63,734 nt of DNA, filler included, from Choristocarpus tenellus KU-1152 (GCA_964200185.2; 10 parts of 10 records of this genome joined end to end with filler, not necessarily neighbours in it), one strand, 5' to 3'; shown: positions 12,440 to 26,046, counted from the first letter of the whole stretch. A program made the numbers and translations. Notes: generated from the sequence alone by a model not told the origin.

Positions 12440-14390
12440 TACTATAATGGATTACTGCCGAGTTTCTATGGCCAAGATGGGGCACGATAGGGCGCAGGTC
12501 ATCTTACAGCCACAACCATCACTTGTTCTCCTGTCCACCTTGTTTCCTCTCTTCCATTTGGAAGGTCCCCAAACATCTTTGGAGGCTGCAAACGGGAACG
12601 TACCGATGGGAGCGAAGTTTCATGTTGTGAACCTGATGGAATGTCGATGTCATACAACAATATACTTAACCACAGTATGCTTCAGCCTTTTAGTATTTCG
12701 AAGCTCAAGTGATGCACCTGAGGTCCTGTTATAGATCACTTGACTGAATTTACGAAAATGACCCCCAACCTTTTTGAACCCTTCGACTGATCACAGCAGT
12801 GATATTGACTTTGTCACTGATGGTGCTTCCAAGATAAACAACCTGTATGTCTGTTTTGCAGTTCTCGCAACTGGATCCACATTATGTCCGTAGGCTTTTT
12901 GGGGGGTTGAAGATAAATGGTCTCTGTCTTCAGCTTCGCCAAGTTCAGCCCGAATGACCTGGCACCTTCACAATCACTGTCATCATCCTGGTCAAGCCTC
13001 CTTGAGTCTTACACATAATGCCTGCATTGTCAGCATAACGCACACCCCACTGGGGTCTCTCGATTGTTAGTCCACGTTCTGTTGCTCCTCCTTTGTCTTG
13101 GTTGTTTGTGGCCGCTCTCTTGGTGACAGCAAGGTCCTTGGAGGTGGCCGGGTCAGAGATGAACCGCTTATTTTCCACACTTAGCACTTCTGTTAGTGAA
13201 GAAGATGCTCAAGAGGATGGGAACAAGAACGCACTCTTGTCAAAGGCCCTGTTCAAACTCAAACCAGTCTGTACACTCTCAATCATCCATGTGAACGCAT
13301 GCCAGCATTCCATAATGGAATTAGTAGATGCTTGAAATAATTGTATCAGGCACTCCAAGTTTAGCAACCATAATCTATAGGTGGTTGCAGTCGATAGACA
13401 TATGCTTTCTGCATGCCTGTAAAACCTGAACAGAGGTACATGTTTTCCAGGTTGAGCTCTGGGTGTGTACGAACTGTGTACATCATGTCCATAGTGGATC
13501 GTAGGGAGCAGGAATCGCACTAGTCCTCATGTAGTATTTTCTCCCTTTTTTTAGGTAATCTCCCACCTATAGCGCAACAACCTTGACGGATACTTGCCAC
13601 AATCAGTCTCATCTTTCTTGCCTAGTACTTTGATGACCCCATTATTCCAAACTAGGTCGCAACTTCCTGGTTCCACACGCATACACGAATCTTGAGGAAA
13701 ATCTGTAGGATATGTGACGGACAGGTGTTGTTAGGAGGTCATCTCGGTCAAATCCATTGCCGTGCGCACATTTCATTGTGATTGGTGTTCACATAAACAT
13801 CGATCACACACATGTATGTGTAGGAGGTACGTGCCCCTAAACAAAAACAAAATACTTTGGGTCTAGGTCCGATGGTACTCCACCATTTGTTTTTTGAAGA
13901 GAAGCAATACAAACAGCATATACTTTCCTGTTCAAAATTGGGTCTCGCATCAAGTTCAGATGGCAACCAACAACTACAATAATGCAGCATTAGATATTGT
14001 ACTCCATACTGCTGTCCATCAGAATTTTCTTGGCACTCTTTTTCAAGCTGTGATTGCAGGAACATACCCAACAAAACAAGCGGTCCTTCTCAGCGTTTGT
14101 TTTTCTGAAAAACAGATGTATGTCTGCGCAAATGGACCTAAGTCCTTCCTGGACATTCTGAATGCTTCAAGGTCTGAGGTTATGATGGTGTCTCATACAT
14201 TGGGTTATGGTAGAATATCGACACACACACACAAATATCTATTGTGACACCTTCTCGCAACAGTTTCCTTCTGGATCTTGATCAGCCTGGGGTAGTGCCT
14301 CTTTAGGTTGGCGACATTTCTTAATCAATAACCAGTCTTGAGCTGCACACGAAATGGGTCATGTGATGCACAACAGGCCCAGAAGTCCTA
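12440..14390 (-). mobile_element. Degenerate non-LTR retrotransposon (RTE-like LINE reverse transcriptase)
   Basis: The minus-strand ORF 12945-13187 contains WGVRYADNAGIMCKTQGGLTRMMTVIVKV, a decayed YADD RT motif. Flanking frames are broken by stops and frameshifts. Boundaries are approximate. Confidence 0.75.
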
Positions 14391-15929
14391 TAAATACTTC
14401 AGCACAAAAAGTGTATAGCCGTAGCCAATACTGGAAAAGTACAACAGTATGATATAGTACAGACAAGAGCATACAAGTACTCTTGGTGAGAGCGGGGTAT
14501 CACAACCCACAAAAGAAATCAAATGAGAAAGCAGATCATCCTCTACACCTATGCTTCTGTGGCACATCATGTTCTTCTACAGGTAGTTAGGGGAATTGCA
14601 AGGACTAACCTTCAAAATGCATAATGTTCTTCATCTAGGTAGACGCGGTAAACTGGTGGAATCAACAGGCAGACCTAGGTGTAGCCAGGAATTGTCATTT
14701 GAAATAGGGACAGAGTTATCATGCTGCACTGGCTTGGCCCCGAGTGTTATCCAAGGGAACCTCATTTCTTGGTTTGGAGCTGTGTGTATACTTTGGCAAA
14801 TCGACTGGTGATTCACCAAACCAAGACTTGAGGTACATAATTGGGGTTGACCATCCACCAAATCATAATCTCCTCAAAAGTCTGTCAAACACACACACAC
14901 AAACACACACACAATGCACACCCCTCGCCTCCCCCATTCCCATCAATGTCTCTACAGAGAGGCTTGTATGCCCTTATCCTCTTCCCGCCTCTCTCTATCC
15001 CCCCCCAGTCCAGCCTCAACATTCTGACAAGTGCCCGGTGTCCCTGCCAGTGGCGCCAGATACCAAGGATCTGAGGACTCCTCAAGATTTTCACCACACT
15101 CCTCAAACCCTAATCCCAACCTTTTCTCTATCTCTCTGCCCACCAGTCCCCCAACCTCTCCCCCCCTCCCCCCTCCCCCAATAGATTTTCCAACTCTGTT
15201 CCCTGTTTCCAGATCTATCCCTCCGTCCAAGGAAACCCTGTTGATATGATGTTCAGAAGGCATTCTTGTTTGACTGGGGAGGAATCCATTGCTGTCTATT
15301 CCTCCAGGGTGCATCAAAAACAAGGGAGTAGGGGGGGTGGCCTCTTCCAAGATTGGGTGCAAAAGGCCCTCCTGTGCATCACAGTTGACGTTTAGGGGGG
15401 GGGGGGGGGCAAGGGGGGGGGGGCGTGCAGGTGTGTGGTAGTGTTGAGGGGGGGGGAGTGTGAAGGGTTGTAGCAAAAAGGTCGGACACCTTGGATCAAA
15501 ATCGTAGGGGGGAAAGAAAAAGAGCATTGCAAAGAGCATCCTAGTCCATGTTGAAGTAAAACACAACACTCTTAGTAAGCTTGGTTTGAGGGTACTTGGC
15601 ATAATAACATCGAAGGCCAAACTTCATCTTCAACACGTATCACACACACGTGACCAACAGCATGTAGGTGGAGCCCTGCAAGCTGTTTCTCCATTGCCCC
15701 CGCATCAAACACAAGATCTACTGTTTGAATCCTTCCTGCCCGGGTGAACATACACCTGGGGGGGGGGGAGAAGTGGTAGAGGGATACATTTTTATATATT
15801 CATACATACACANNNNNNNNNNNNNNNNNNNNNNNNNNNNNNNNNNNNNNNNNNNNTTAATTAATTAANNNNNNNNNNNNNNNNNNNNNNNNNNNNNNNN
15901 NNNNNNNNNNNNATTTGAACTAAATACTA

Positions 15930-16570
15930 CTTCAATATTGTTAATGGTCCTATGTTTGATGATGTAGTATTTAAAATGCAAACTCGAAACGGTCTTCTTT
16001 GTGCGTCCTCTCCTCGCGTATTTGCTTCTCTCTTTGTGACAACGCAGCAAACCAGAAGTGATCGACACGGCTAAGTACACACCACCCATCATCATTTTGC
16101 AGAGTTTGCAGAGCGAGGATCATTGTTGGGCTAGTTTTTATAATATGCCGACTACTCTATCTACCTCTCTGTGCCCACCTCATCGTTTCGCCATCCCCAG
16201 TCGTTCCTTCAAATACGTCCGAGCACATCATCTCACACGGACCGAGAGTTCCCTCTCCTCCTCTCTCGTCCTTGTACCCGTCCGTACTCGCGTGCCCTCT
16301 GATGAAGTGGGATGCCTTGCGGTAGTCGATTGGACTCGGCAGCGTTGTCTCCTGCGAACAGCAATTCCTTAGGACTTGAGGAATCGAGTAGCCTCTATGG
16401 TGTGGGCACACACTGATTTGTTGTACGATATTTCTTGTGCGCCCAACAAAGTTTTGTAGTGCCTATTTCATCCCAACGCTTTTCTTAAGAAGGAAGGTGC
16501 TCGAACTAAGGGAATGGGCTCGAGACAGGACTCCATTCGGGATTCCGGGTGTTGTGTACTGCTTTAACCA
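15930..16570 (-). mobile_element. Probable Copia gag relic with a PBS-like site
   Basis: The minus strand reads TGTTATT|GGTTAAAGC, similar to the Copia GGTTATGRGC PBS. It is followed by a broken frame MESCLEPIP...VLSRVDHFWFAALSQREKQIREE...KYYIIKHRTI resembling the gag UBN2 region. Confidence 0.4.
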
Positions 16571-17419
16571 ATAACAAGATGTGATTCAATGATGATCTGT
16601 TACAGGCACCCCTCAGAACTCACCTCCACAGGATGTACAACTCAAATCCAACGACCTTATAACGACACCATGGGGGCGTTGCCTTTTACAACGGTTTGTA
16701 GGGTGTCAGATAGCCCTTTCTCCTGATACTCCACTCAGTGCTTAGCTCAAAGATTGACTCAATATTTCGATCAAAGAAAAAAAAGACTGGGGGCATAAGC
16801 GATGTAAAAGTGTGTTACCACTAAAGAGCTCTCTTATTATTTTCATCATCCACCCAATTTCGTTATTCTTCTATCAACTACTCTATAGGGTACTCCAATT
16901 ATAAGCCATTATTCTTCAACTTCTTAGTGACTTTGACATTTTCTTCTGTAATGTTACGTAGGTATTCCGAATCTTACTCTTTACCTCTCAAAATAATCAT
17001 TTACCCTGTAAGGCTATGTGTTCCTAGTGTCGTATATAGTTTGTACTTGTCAGAACTCGAGAAACAATCTTCACACTATACGTCTGTCACAAATGTTCAT
17101 ATATCCTAAAACATGAGGATAAAATGCTCGCGCTATTCGCGTGTAAGAAATGCTCACACTTTGTTGAAATACAAGAAGAAACGCTTGCGCTATTCGCCTG
17201 TAACATGCCCCCCAGCGTGAACTAGCGATACATGTTTCATGCTTACCACAGGCGATTTTCACCGGTGAAGACAACAGATATCATCAATCACCTGAGATCA
17301 TCCTGTTGCAAAAAAGAAGGAAGAGAAATAGGATATCGTACTCGTAATAGGTTCACAACATCTATCCTTGACTTGCTCGGAAAAATCTGTCTACCTCTAG
17401 CCTAGTCTGAGTGCCAAGT

Positions 17420-17681
17420 TAGTGAAAGTATCTTAGAGGGTATGAGTTTTGCCCTGTTTGTCCATTTGGGGCCTGACTTCCCATGGCGTATTTTCTTTAT
17501 GACATTTTCCTACTCCAAAATGTTTCGGAGTAGGTAAAATGTGTAAGTCATGAAAAGGTGTGTCCGGAACAAGGATATTGACACTTTCCAACAAATACGA
17601 TAGCTAAAATTACATCAAAATCACAACATTGGATTTTGACCCCAAATGGACGAGGCCATACCCTCTAAGATACTTTGGCTC
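17420..17681 (+). mobile_element. MITE family A, TSD AAGT
   Basis: Same TIRs and body as the 10989 copy, with the first G mutated to T. AAGT at 17416-17419 and 17682-17685. Confidence 0.9.
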
Positions 17682-19899
17682 AAGTATCATCTGAGTATTG
17701 CCTGTCTCATGCCCCCCAGCACGAAGCACACTGACGGCTCCTAGTGCGTAAAACAGGCAATAACATCAACGTCGGCCTCTAACAAAAACGAAAAGAAAAA
17801 GAAAGGAAAGAAAAAAAAGAATAGGGAAAATATTATAAGGAAAAAGGAACGAAGTATAAAAAAGAGGAAAAAAAGGGAAAAAGTTAAGCAAGGGATAGAT
17901 AAAATATGGAAAAAATACAAAGAAAATCCGAAAATAAAACAAAAAATAATATAAAATAAAAGGGGAAAAAATCCATGGAATAAAGGGGGTCAGGTACCTG
18001 ATGTACACAGAAACAATATCCAAAAACACAAAATGAGAAAAAAATAAAATAAAAATAAAATAAAACATCTTACATAAATTGCTATCTGTTCGGATGTGGG
18101 TTATTTTATGGTTCCAACCACTGCTATCATACTATGTTCCATGCAGGGACTACCTGTTTCATGCTTACCACAGGCAATAATAATTATCTGGATAGTAAAT
18201 ATCCATCACCTTAGATCATGCTGCAGTAGCATGCATAATTTCCGTTTGGTAACATAGTAGCTTCAGTTCCGACTCTGCCAGTTTTTTTCCAACATTGGGA
18301 CTCCAGTTCCAACTCTTCCAGTAGTTTCCAACACAGGGACTCCAGTTCCAAACTAACCCATGGATTCCACCTATGATCAACAGTCCCCTCATTTCCTTTG
18401 AGAACGGATCCTCAAAAGTCGTAAGGCACAGTCAAGATCAATATATGTCCAACCAGATATGAGTATATACTTTTATTTACAAAATATATATAACTCCAAC
18501 TAGCCCCAAAACAGGTCAACAAATATCCTTGTCTAACCTGGGAAAATTTCCCAAGGGTCACAGAATACCATTAGAGTCAGATTGCACCTGGCCTAATCTG
18601 AGTATACATTTTCTCTTTCTGAAACACACCTTCAAAATTTACAAAGTATATATCTCTGACATGGTGTGAAATGAATGGGTCCCCAGTTCCAATCACTCTA
18701 ATCACAAATGTGATTAATTTATCCACGTTCCCTTCAAGGTGTCCATAAGGTCACACAATGCAATCCCCATTGAATTGTCTGGCCTAATCCAAGTATACAA
18801 TTGTTTCCTTTGACTGGACCTTCAAAAGTTACAAAATACATAGNNNNNNNNNNNNNNNNNNNNNNNNNNNNNNNNNNNNNNNNNNNNTTAATTAATTAAN
18901 NNNNNNNNNNNNNNNNNNNNNNNNNNNNNNNNNNNNNNNNNNNATGTTGTTCCGGCTGTCCGACACCGTGGCGCATGCGCTCAGTGTCGCTGGGGTGCCG
19001 GTGGTTACTGAGGGGGCGTCCGTTTCGGCCCTGATGAGGTGCTCAAGAATGACAGGAATTGCTATCTTCAGTCGTGGAGCCCGAAACGGACGCCCCCTCA
19101 CTAACCACCCGCCCTTCCCCCCAGATACATTGACCCAGGGTTTGTCCTTTTCTGATGTATTTTGTAATAAAATGCATTTAGGACCTCGCTTGGCTCTTGA
19201 GTGGGTGTAGACTGTGTGATTATGGCTTAAGGAAGTTGCCGTTGGGTTCAAATTTTGGAGTTGGGTGGTTGCTGCCGTTTGGATTGGGTGTGGAAGAGGG
19301 TCATCTGTTGTGAAAAACTCGCCTTGGGTTTTAGATGGTGGTATGGAGTACGAGATGTTTCCGCGTCTACGTTTTTTTAGCATTGTTTCTGTCAATGGAT
19401 CTGATGTCTGAGCAACGCAAAGAGGGGAGGAAGAAGGTTTGTGGGTTGGATATTCCGGGTGATGTCCCTGGACAAATCAGGTGCACTTGGATTAGGGTTT
19501 GTTGTTGGGTTAGACAATGAGTCGATTGTTGTTTGCACCATGTTGCATACAGGTTGGAGGGTTGGTTGTGTGAGATCAACGGTCTTAGCACTGTGTGCAT
19601 GGTTATGGTGCGAAGGATTCTGCCCGCTCAGAGCACGCAAGCTGAGTGAAGTCATAACCATTGTAGTGCAATGGTTGTAGAATGGGATTGTCACAATAGG
19701 GTTGACCGTAGGACAAACACATCAAAAAATTGTATCGTGAGGTGCACTTTGTCTCATCCGAGGGGATATTACGGGGCATGGCAGTAAAAGTTTAAGAGAA
19801 CAGTGGCAGAATACCTAAATCCAGATGAAATCTAGGTTGCCAACAGGTCAACAAAAACATGCCTATGAGGACACATAGAGACAAAACTCTTCAAGAAGA

Positions 19900-20158
19900 G
19901 AGCCAAAGTATCTTAGAGGGTAGCGCCGCGTCCATTTGGGGGCCAAAATCCAATGTTGCGATTTTGTTGTAATTTGGCTATCGTGGCTGTCAAGAAGTGT
20001 CAATATCCTTGTTCCAGACACACCTTTTCATAACGCACACATTTTACCTACTCCCAACACATTTTGGAGTTGGAAAATGTCATGAAAAAAAACCTGGGAA
20101 GCCAAGCCCTAAATGACAAACAGGGGAAAAACTCGTACCCTCTAAGATATTTTCACTC
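19900..20158 (-). mobile_element. MITE family A (reverse orientation), TSD AGA
   Basis: GAGCCAAAGTATCTTAGAGGGTA ... TACCCTCTAAGATATTTTCACTC, flanked by AGA. Confidence 0.88.
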
Positions 20159-20894
20159 AGATATTAAAACCAAAATACCAAATGTAAAAACCCGTTGCTT
20201 TAGAGAACGTTCGACCTCTCCAGCACAACATGTTTGTCGAGGCATATGTCTGATTGGTGAAGTAGAGGGTAACCCACGAACAGGAATTGGCCTAGGTAGC
20301 TCCTCAAAGCCGTGTCTCTCGTCAGTATGGCGGCAGTGTGGGACTTGTCCAGAACCAGGGCCGTGTAGGAGCGTCTTGGTCAATACTGTAGCGTTTGACA
20401 AGAAGCTGGATATTTCGCAAGTCGCCATTCTCCCATTTAGCCTCGTATCCCACCGAGGGGTTGGTGGTTGGATTCTGAGGCGAACCTCTGGTATTGACCA
20501 GGCAGGATCGTGGATGTGTTGTCCAGGTGGTTGTGTTGACTGTCTGTGAAGTCCGGGATGATATGATAGCCTGAAGGGGCATGACGCAGGGACCTGGTTG
20601 TGCAACCTGCAACACCACGAAGATGTTTGTTGCAGGGGCAGTGTTAGTATATGGGACTATTGGCATGTTTTTACGCATGACGACCTTGTTTGGTTGTATA
20701 GGCGTTGTTTGTCTTGGTTCTGAGGAATGGAAAGTATTATTTAGGATATAGGATACACATAGGAAGCGAAACGAAGGCATGGGAAACGCTTACGGCCCTA
20801 TGGAAGTTGTAAATATTCTAGGAAAGTTTACAATTGTGGTTGTGGAGTAGGAGAATGAAATTTACACTTAGAACAATTGTGGTTTGGAGGTTAG

Positions 20895-21071
20895 ACGAAA
20901 AAGTATCTGGGGGGGTGGGGGGTCTACACCAGAGTGTCCATTTGGACCAAAACCAGGAAGAGTGCATTTTCATCATCCATCCAACGTTTTAAACCAAATC
21001 ACCCAAAAATCGCGACATGAAAAAATTGCCCCCAAATGGACAGCCGCCACCCCCCTCAGATACTTTGAGCC
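20895..21071 (+). mobile_element. MITE family E (~180 bp), TSD TTAG
   Basis: AAAGTATCTGGGGGG...AGATACTTTGAGCC. Sibling copies at 25496-25679 and 47623-47808. Confidence 0.8.
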
Positions 21072-21391
21072 TTAGGGTTGGATGTTTTGGGAGTTTTTTT
21101 TGTACATGAGGGGATATTAGGGGATATGATGCATCTGTATATCAACAGCGTCGATTGATTCATGTGGAACAATTGTTCTCTTAGTAACAAGAAAAAGCGT
21201 TTCTTACCTTGTCCATCCGTGACATTCAATAGTTGGCACTCCACCCAACAAAGCTGGCACTCAGCATCTCTAACTCTTCAGTGACAAAGATCACCTCATC
21301 TCCAGCACTGAACATCCTCCCATAGCTGGAATGGTACCTGGCGTTCCATTGAACTCTAGACCATTGTACTTCGATGGCTGCGTCCACACAA

Positions 21392-21649
21392 GAGTGAAAT
21401 TATCTTAGAGGGTACGAGTTTTGTCCCGTTTGTCTGTTTGGGCTTAGCTTCCCATGGGCATTCTTAGGACATTTTCCTACTCCAAAGTGTTTTGGAGTAG
21501 GTAAAATGTGTACGTTATGAAAATGTACGTCCAGAACAAGGATATTTACACTAACTAACAAGCACGATGGACAAAATTACATCAAAATCACAACTTTGAA
21601 TTTTGGACCCCAAATGGATGCAGCTCTACCTTCAAATATATTTTGGCTC
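21392..21649 (+). mobile_element. MITE family A, TSD ACAA
   Basis: The empty site is visible in the paralogous copy at ~34040-34065 (GGCTGCATCCGCACAATGCATATG). Confidence 0.92.
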
Positions 21650-22003
21650 ACAATGCATATGTTCCCCTCAGCGAGCTGTCTCTTCTTCCTCGACAGCTGG
21701 CTCCTCAGATACATATCGCACATTCCTGTTTCCGTGAAATATCCGAGGTCTATCTCCTTAAGCGGGGGCACATGGGTTAGTTCCCACCTGCATTAAGCCA
21801 GGTTGCTATTGGAACAGTTTGTGGAGTAGCACTACAACTCGGTGTATATCAACGTACGGGAGTCTCCGGTGGTGCGCTGACCAGTGAAGAACATGTGCAT
21901 GGACTTTATGCCACTGAGGTTGGGGACACGTGGGTCGTGTCGTCCCGCGCGGTCGATCTTGTAAGTCGAAAGGTGGACTATCTCCTGGGTTCTAAATGTG
22001 TCG

Positions 22004-22265
22004 GAGTGAAAGTATCTTAGAGGGTACGAGTTTTGCCCCGTTTGTCTATTGGGGGCGTTGCTTCTTATGGGTCTCTTATGACATTTTCCTTCTCTGAAAC
22101 GTTTCGGAGTAGGTAAAATGTATGTATACGATATAAAAAAATGTGTTCGGAACAAGGTTACTGACACTTCCTAACAAACACGACAGCCAAAGTTTCATCA
22201 AAATCGCACCATTGAATTTTGACCCCCAAATGGACGCAGCTCTACCGTCTAAGATACTTTGACTC
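22004..22265 (+). mobile_element. MITE family A, TSD TCG
   Basis: The empty site GTGTCGATGTATAGAAG is at ~34413-34430. Confidence 0.92.
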
Positions 22266-23141
22266 TCGATGTATAGAAGTTTCGTAGACGCGCTACTGTG
22301 CTGACTGCCGTCCCTATCCGTCCAATCCTAAGGGATACAGTGATTGTGTGTATAACGTGAGGGGCGGTACATGTTGGAGTCAGTGCTGGTACTATGGCAG
22401 CATCCTGTGACCAATTCGATGTGATGGCATTTTCTTTGGAGTGATATGTGCTACCTATTCAAGTAACAAGTTTTGGTAAATGATAGACGTTAATATGGGG
22501 AAGAAAACAATAGCTTAGAGTTTTGGGTTAGTTTGATGGTTGGCAGACTTATGGAAAATAGAGGGCGATGATTGTAAGTGTGCACGAACGGTCTGCTGTC
22601 GATTGAGAAGTGTATATATGCGATTCTCACGCTGCGCGTGGTCTCGACAAAAAGGGAGTCACGACTGTGACATAATTGTCGACTTTCTTTTCACTTTCTA
22701 GGAATGTCTTGATAGGAAATCGGGGGCAGACTAGTGTTGTTTCCGAGCCAGCACAACTCGCAGCGTGCTCACCAGTGGTTCAAACCTGCTTTTCTCATCC
22801 AAAAACCAAGAGGCAAGGTCATTCCACGCGCGGCCGCTTCCTCCCACCTCTTGTAGACCATCATGGTTGAAGGCACGCTCCTCCAATCCATCGTGCTCGA
22901 TTGTCCAACAAATCAAGCGCAATATCATTTCCTCTGCAGAGAAAGACGCACAAACAATGGTATTTGCATCTAACAGGGGATCCTCAAAATTGGGGATGGC
23001 CCCGGACTATGGGTATGGTTGTTTTGCGAAAACGGTCTTTANNNNNNNNNNNNNNNNNNNNNNNNNNNNNNNNNNNNNNNNNNNNTTAATTAATTAANNN
23101 NNNNNNNNNNNNNNNNNNNNNNNNNNNNNNNNNNNNNNNNN

Positions 23142-23320
23142 ACGGACGCCGACACCCCCCCCCAGATACTTTGACCCTGTATACATTATCAAAAGGTGTG
23201 TCAGGAACAAGGATGTTGACACTTCCTAACAAACGCGATTGCCAAAATTACATCAAAATCACAACATTGGACTTTGGCCCCCATATGAACGCGACTCTAC
23301 CCTCCCAGATACTTTGACTC
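23142..23320 (+). mobile_element. Right end of a MITE B joined to the right half of a MITE A
   Basis: CCCCAGATACTTTGACCC ends at 23177. The family A body follows and ends AGATACTTTGACTC at 23320. Confidence 0.75.
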
Positions 23321-24158
23321 AGTAAGACCTCCCAGCAAGTTGAAGTGCTGTGCTGGAGGTAAAGATCCTTCATTCAAGTACACATAACTCTGATTCATAC
23401 TCTTCTCGAATACATCCTATGCTGGAGGGGGATATAGTAGATATTTACGCTCTACTTTAGCATATTAAAACAATGTAGGGTATATGTATATTGAGATTTG
23501 GGATATTGAGTTTGGATTCAGTCAACTATCAGTGAGCTCGTTTCACTTGGTAGTAGTAAATGGAGATTGAGTATAGGTGACAAAACGTTTTGGTATTAAT
23601 GCATTCACAGTTTTAGGGACCTTGATAATGTATTCACGATATAGTACTTCTCCATACTCCTTCAATGTAGACAACCAGGAGGACTGGCGATTTGATCTCT
23701 TCACTCCTTCACCCTAATGACACTAAACCAGGTCTATTCGACAAGGTTAGTACTTTAAGGGACATCTCATGGTCATTGTGAAGATGAGAGCAATAAAAGA
23801 TAAGGCGTAGAGTATCTTCTTGAGAAGGCTTGCCTATGTCTAGCTTTACTGTATCAACATATTTGTACACAAATTAAAGGAATGCGAATCCATGTATGTG
23901 CTGATGGTACTGCACAATCTGGATTGAGAACATTTTACGGCAAGATTACTGCTGTTGACTACATTATTTTTTATACGCCATTATTAGTTCATCATGCTCA
24001 TGATAGATCATCAAATACACAAAATTGTTTGTTGTGCACACTTGCTTCTAACTTCTGTACAGGTCTTGTGAAGGGGTAGTTGCAGTCCTGAGTACACACC
24101 CTTTCGCTCCCACTTCGCACCTTATTTTCTCCCCTTCACCACTCTGCTACCACCCTAT

Positions 24159-24415
24159 GAGTCAAAGTAAACGAGAGGTACCCAGAGTTGTATTTTAGGC
24201 ATGCTGACAAATATGTGCAATATTCTACTTTTTTACAAAATCTGTTTAGGATATTTTCTTAATTTGTCGAAAAGTTCCAAACAACAGAAAAATAAGTGCT
24301 CTCAAGTCAAGCTTGGGACTTCATCCAGAGAAATTTTGGTGAATTTCAGAAAATGAAAAACAGACTTAAAATGAAAAACGCCCAAAGCCTGGGTACGTCT
24401 TGTTTACTTTGGCTC
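24159..24415 (+). mobile_element. MITE family C, TSD TAT
   Basis: TIRs GAGTCAAAGTAAACGAGA / TCTTGTTTACTTTGGCTC. Siblings at 48487-48716 and ~40540-41032. Confidence 0.85.
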
Positions 24416-25495
24416 TATAGCAGTTCCCCCCATGGAATTTGTTGCTGGTCATTTTCTCTACATCCCTCTGCCATTATCGCAGCCTTTTCCACACCTTCTG
24501 CTCTTGCCTATAGATGACCTCCTGACTCCCTCCGAGCTCACATCTTGGGTTACTAACCTCTCCTGTTCCTCCTGCTGTCCCTATTTCTTGTTGTCACCAT
24601 TGGAAAAGGTCCGGCGGGCAGCGGTGAGAGTGTGGACCCGACCTGAGCTGGCGGTAGATGAGACTGCAGAGCGTGCCCTGGGTTTATTGGCAGATCACGA
24701 CTGTGAATTACGTAGGGAAGTGCTGTTGCGATTGGCTCGGTTGGTTCGTGAGAGCAGGTGATTGATAGGAATAGAACTATTCAAGATTAGAGAATGGGAT
24801 CAAATCAGTGACTGCTCTGCCAAGACATGATCTTATATAATTGAGAAAACTACGGATGTTGTGTTGTGCTCTTCAAATTATAACACACACTTGAACGTGG
24901 TACTACAGCCGCAAGTATGTGATGAATGCTGGTAGGTGGAGCATCATGAAAATATAGGAGGAACTGCTAAGGGTGAAGCTAATATACACATGGTACAATG
25001 TTGATGAATCCCTTCAAACAGATGTTGTCATTTTGACTGTGCTTTAAGAGCATTTACTACTAGCCTGCAGATATGGTGATGGTGAAGTGTATTCCAATGT
25101 CCCTTACAGCCGACCTCTTAGTAACCAATTCCATGGTGGCATGAGGATGTTACCTACGAATAATAACTTGTTCCATATCTCAAACTCTGCAGGATTAAGA
25201 ATATACACCTAAGTCGGTTTGCCCCGTCCCTGATCGACTCAGATGTGGGAGTACAACACGAAGCTGAGACCTTCTTCTTTGAATTCTTTCGTCCTCAACC
25301 AGATGGGGTGTGCAGGTGTGGTTTTGACATGTAGGGGATGGGATCGTCAGAATGGCACACTGGTTGAGAAAATACTCCAGAGCAAGGGAGTGTTTCTGAT
25401 TGCTATATTTTGACGCCCCCTACGCGACTGAATAAGGTACATGTTGTCCATATTCCCAATTTTGTGGGATAGAAAGAGATTTGGTTGGTTCCAAG

Positions 25496-25679
25496 GACCC
25501 AAAGTATCTGGGGGGGTGGGGGGGATCTACACGAGGTTGTTCATTTGGACCAAAATCGGGAAAGGTGCATTCACGTTACCCATCGGACGTATGGCAGCTG
25601 AATCACCCAATAATCGTGATATGAAAAAATTGACCCCAAATGGACTGCCACCACCACCCCCTCCGAGATACTTTGAGCC
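25496..25679 (+). mobile_element. MITE family E, TSD CAAG
   Basis: GACCCAAAGTATCTGGGGGG...GAGATACTTTGAGCC, flanked by CAAG. Confidence 0.82.
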
Positions 25680-25786
25680 CAAGGGGACTAGTTAGAATCA
25701 CACACTTTCATCTCCTTCCACTCAGAGAAACCTAGTATGTATGAAGCACATTGACTATACAATATAATACTTTGCATCCCACCTAC

Positions 25787-26046
25787 TTGAAAAGGTGTCT
25801 CCTTGAGACCTTCTTCACCCTCCCTGAAGGCAGCAGGGGTGACAAACGGGCAATCATAGAGAGACTCTTGGTCATTGCACGCAGAGCAGCGCCAAACTGC
25901 AGACTCAAAGACCTTGCAGGGCCACTAATGCACAGAGTGGCAGATGGTGGCTGTAGGGGTGACATTGGAGGTGGTGATGACGACAGCAAGGAAGACTGTG
26001 ATGCAGCCTTTTTCTTGTCCCTTGTGCCTCCCACGGTGGGTGATAC
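25787..26046 (-). CDS. Isolated internal exon of an unidentified gene
   Basis: Acceptor TCAG, then an open frame VSPTVGGTRDKKKAASQSS...LQFGAALRAMTKSLSMIARL...RRHLFK, then donor GTAGGT. Confidence 0.45.

Larger units (their letters stand above)
20445..22340 (-). pseudogene. Decayed Sola-like transposase 3' region, copy 1, interrupted by three MITEs
   Basis: Colinear with 33265-34490. Encodes KIDRAGRHDPRVPNLSGIKSMHMFFTG...LIYTEL*CYSTNC and KEIDL...MYLRSQLSRKKRQLAEGNICI. Confidence 0.6.

Noticed and set aside
14952-15620. 222-aa ORF as a gene
   Set aside because: It is Pro/Gly-rich from G/C homopolymers, with no recognisable motif or splice structure.
17766-18068. Hydrophobic membrane-protein ORF
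   Set aside because: It is the antisense translation of an A-rich low-complexity tract.
24500-25480. Gypsy relic (QLRVVLP-like fragment)
   Set aside because: Only a short motif in heavily broken frames; insufficient evidence.
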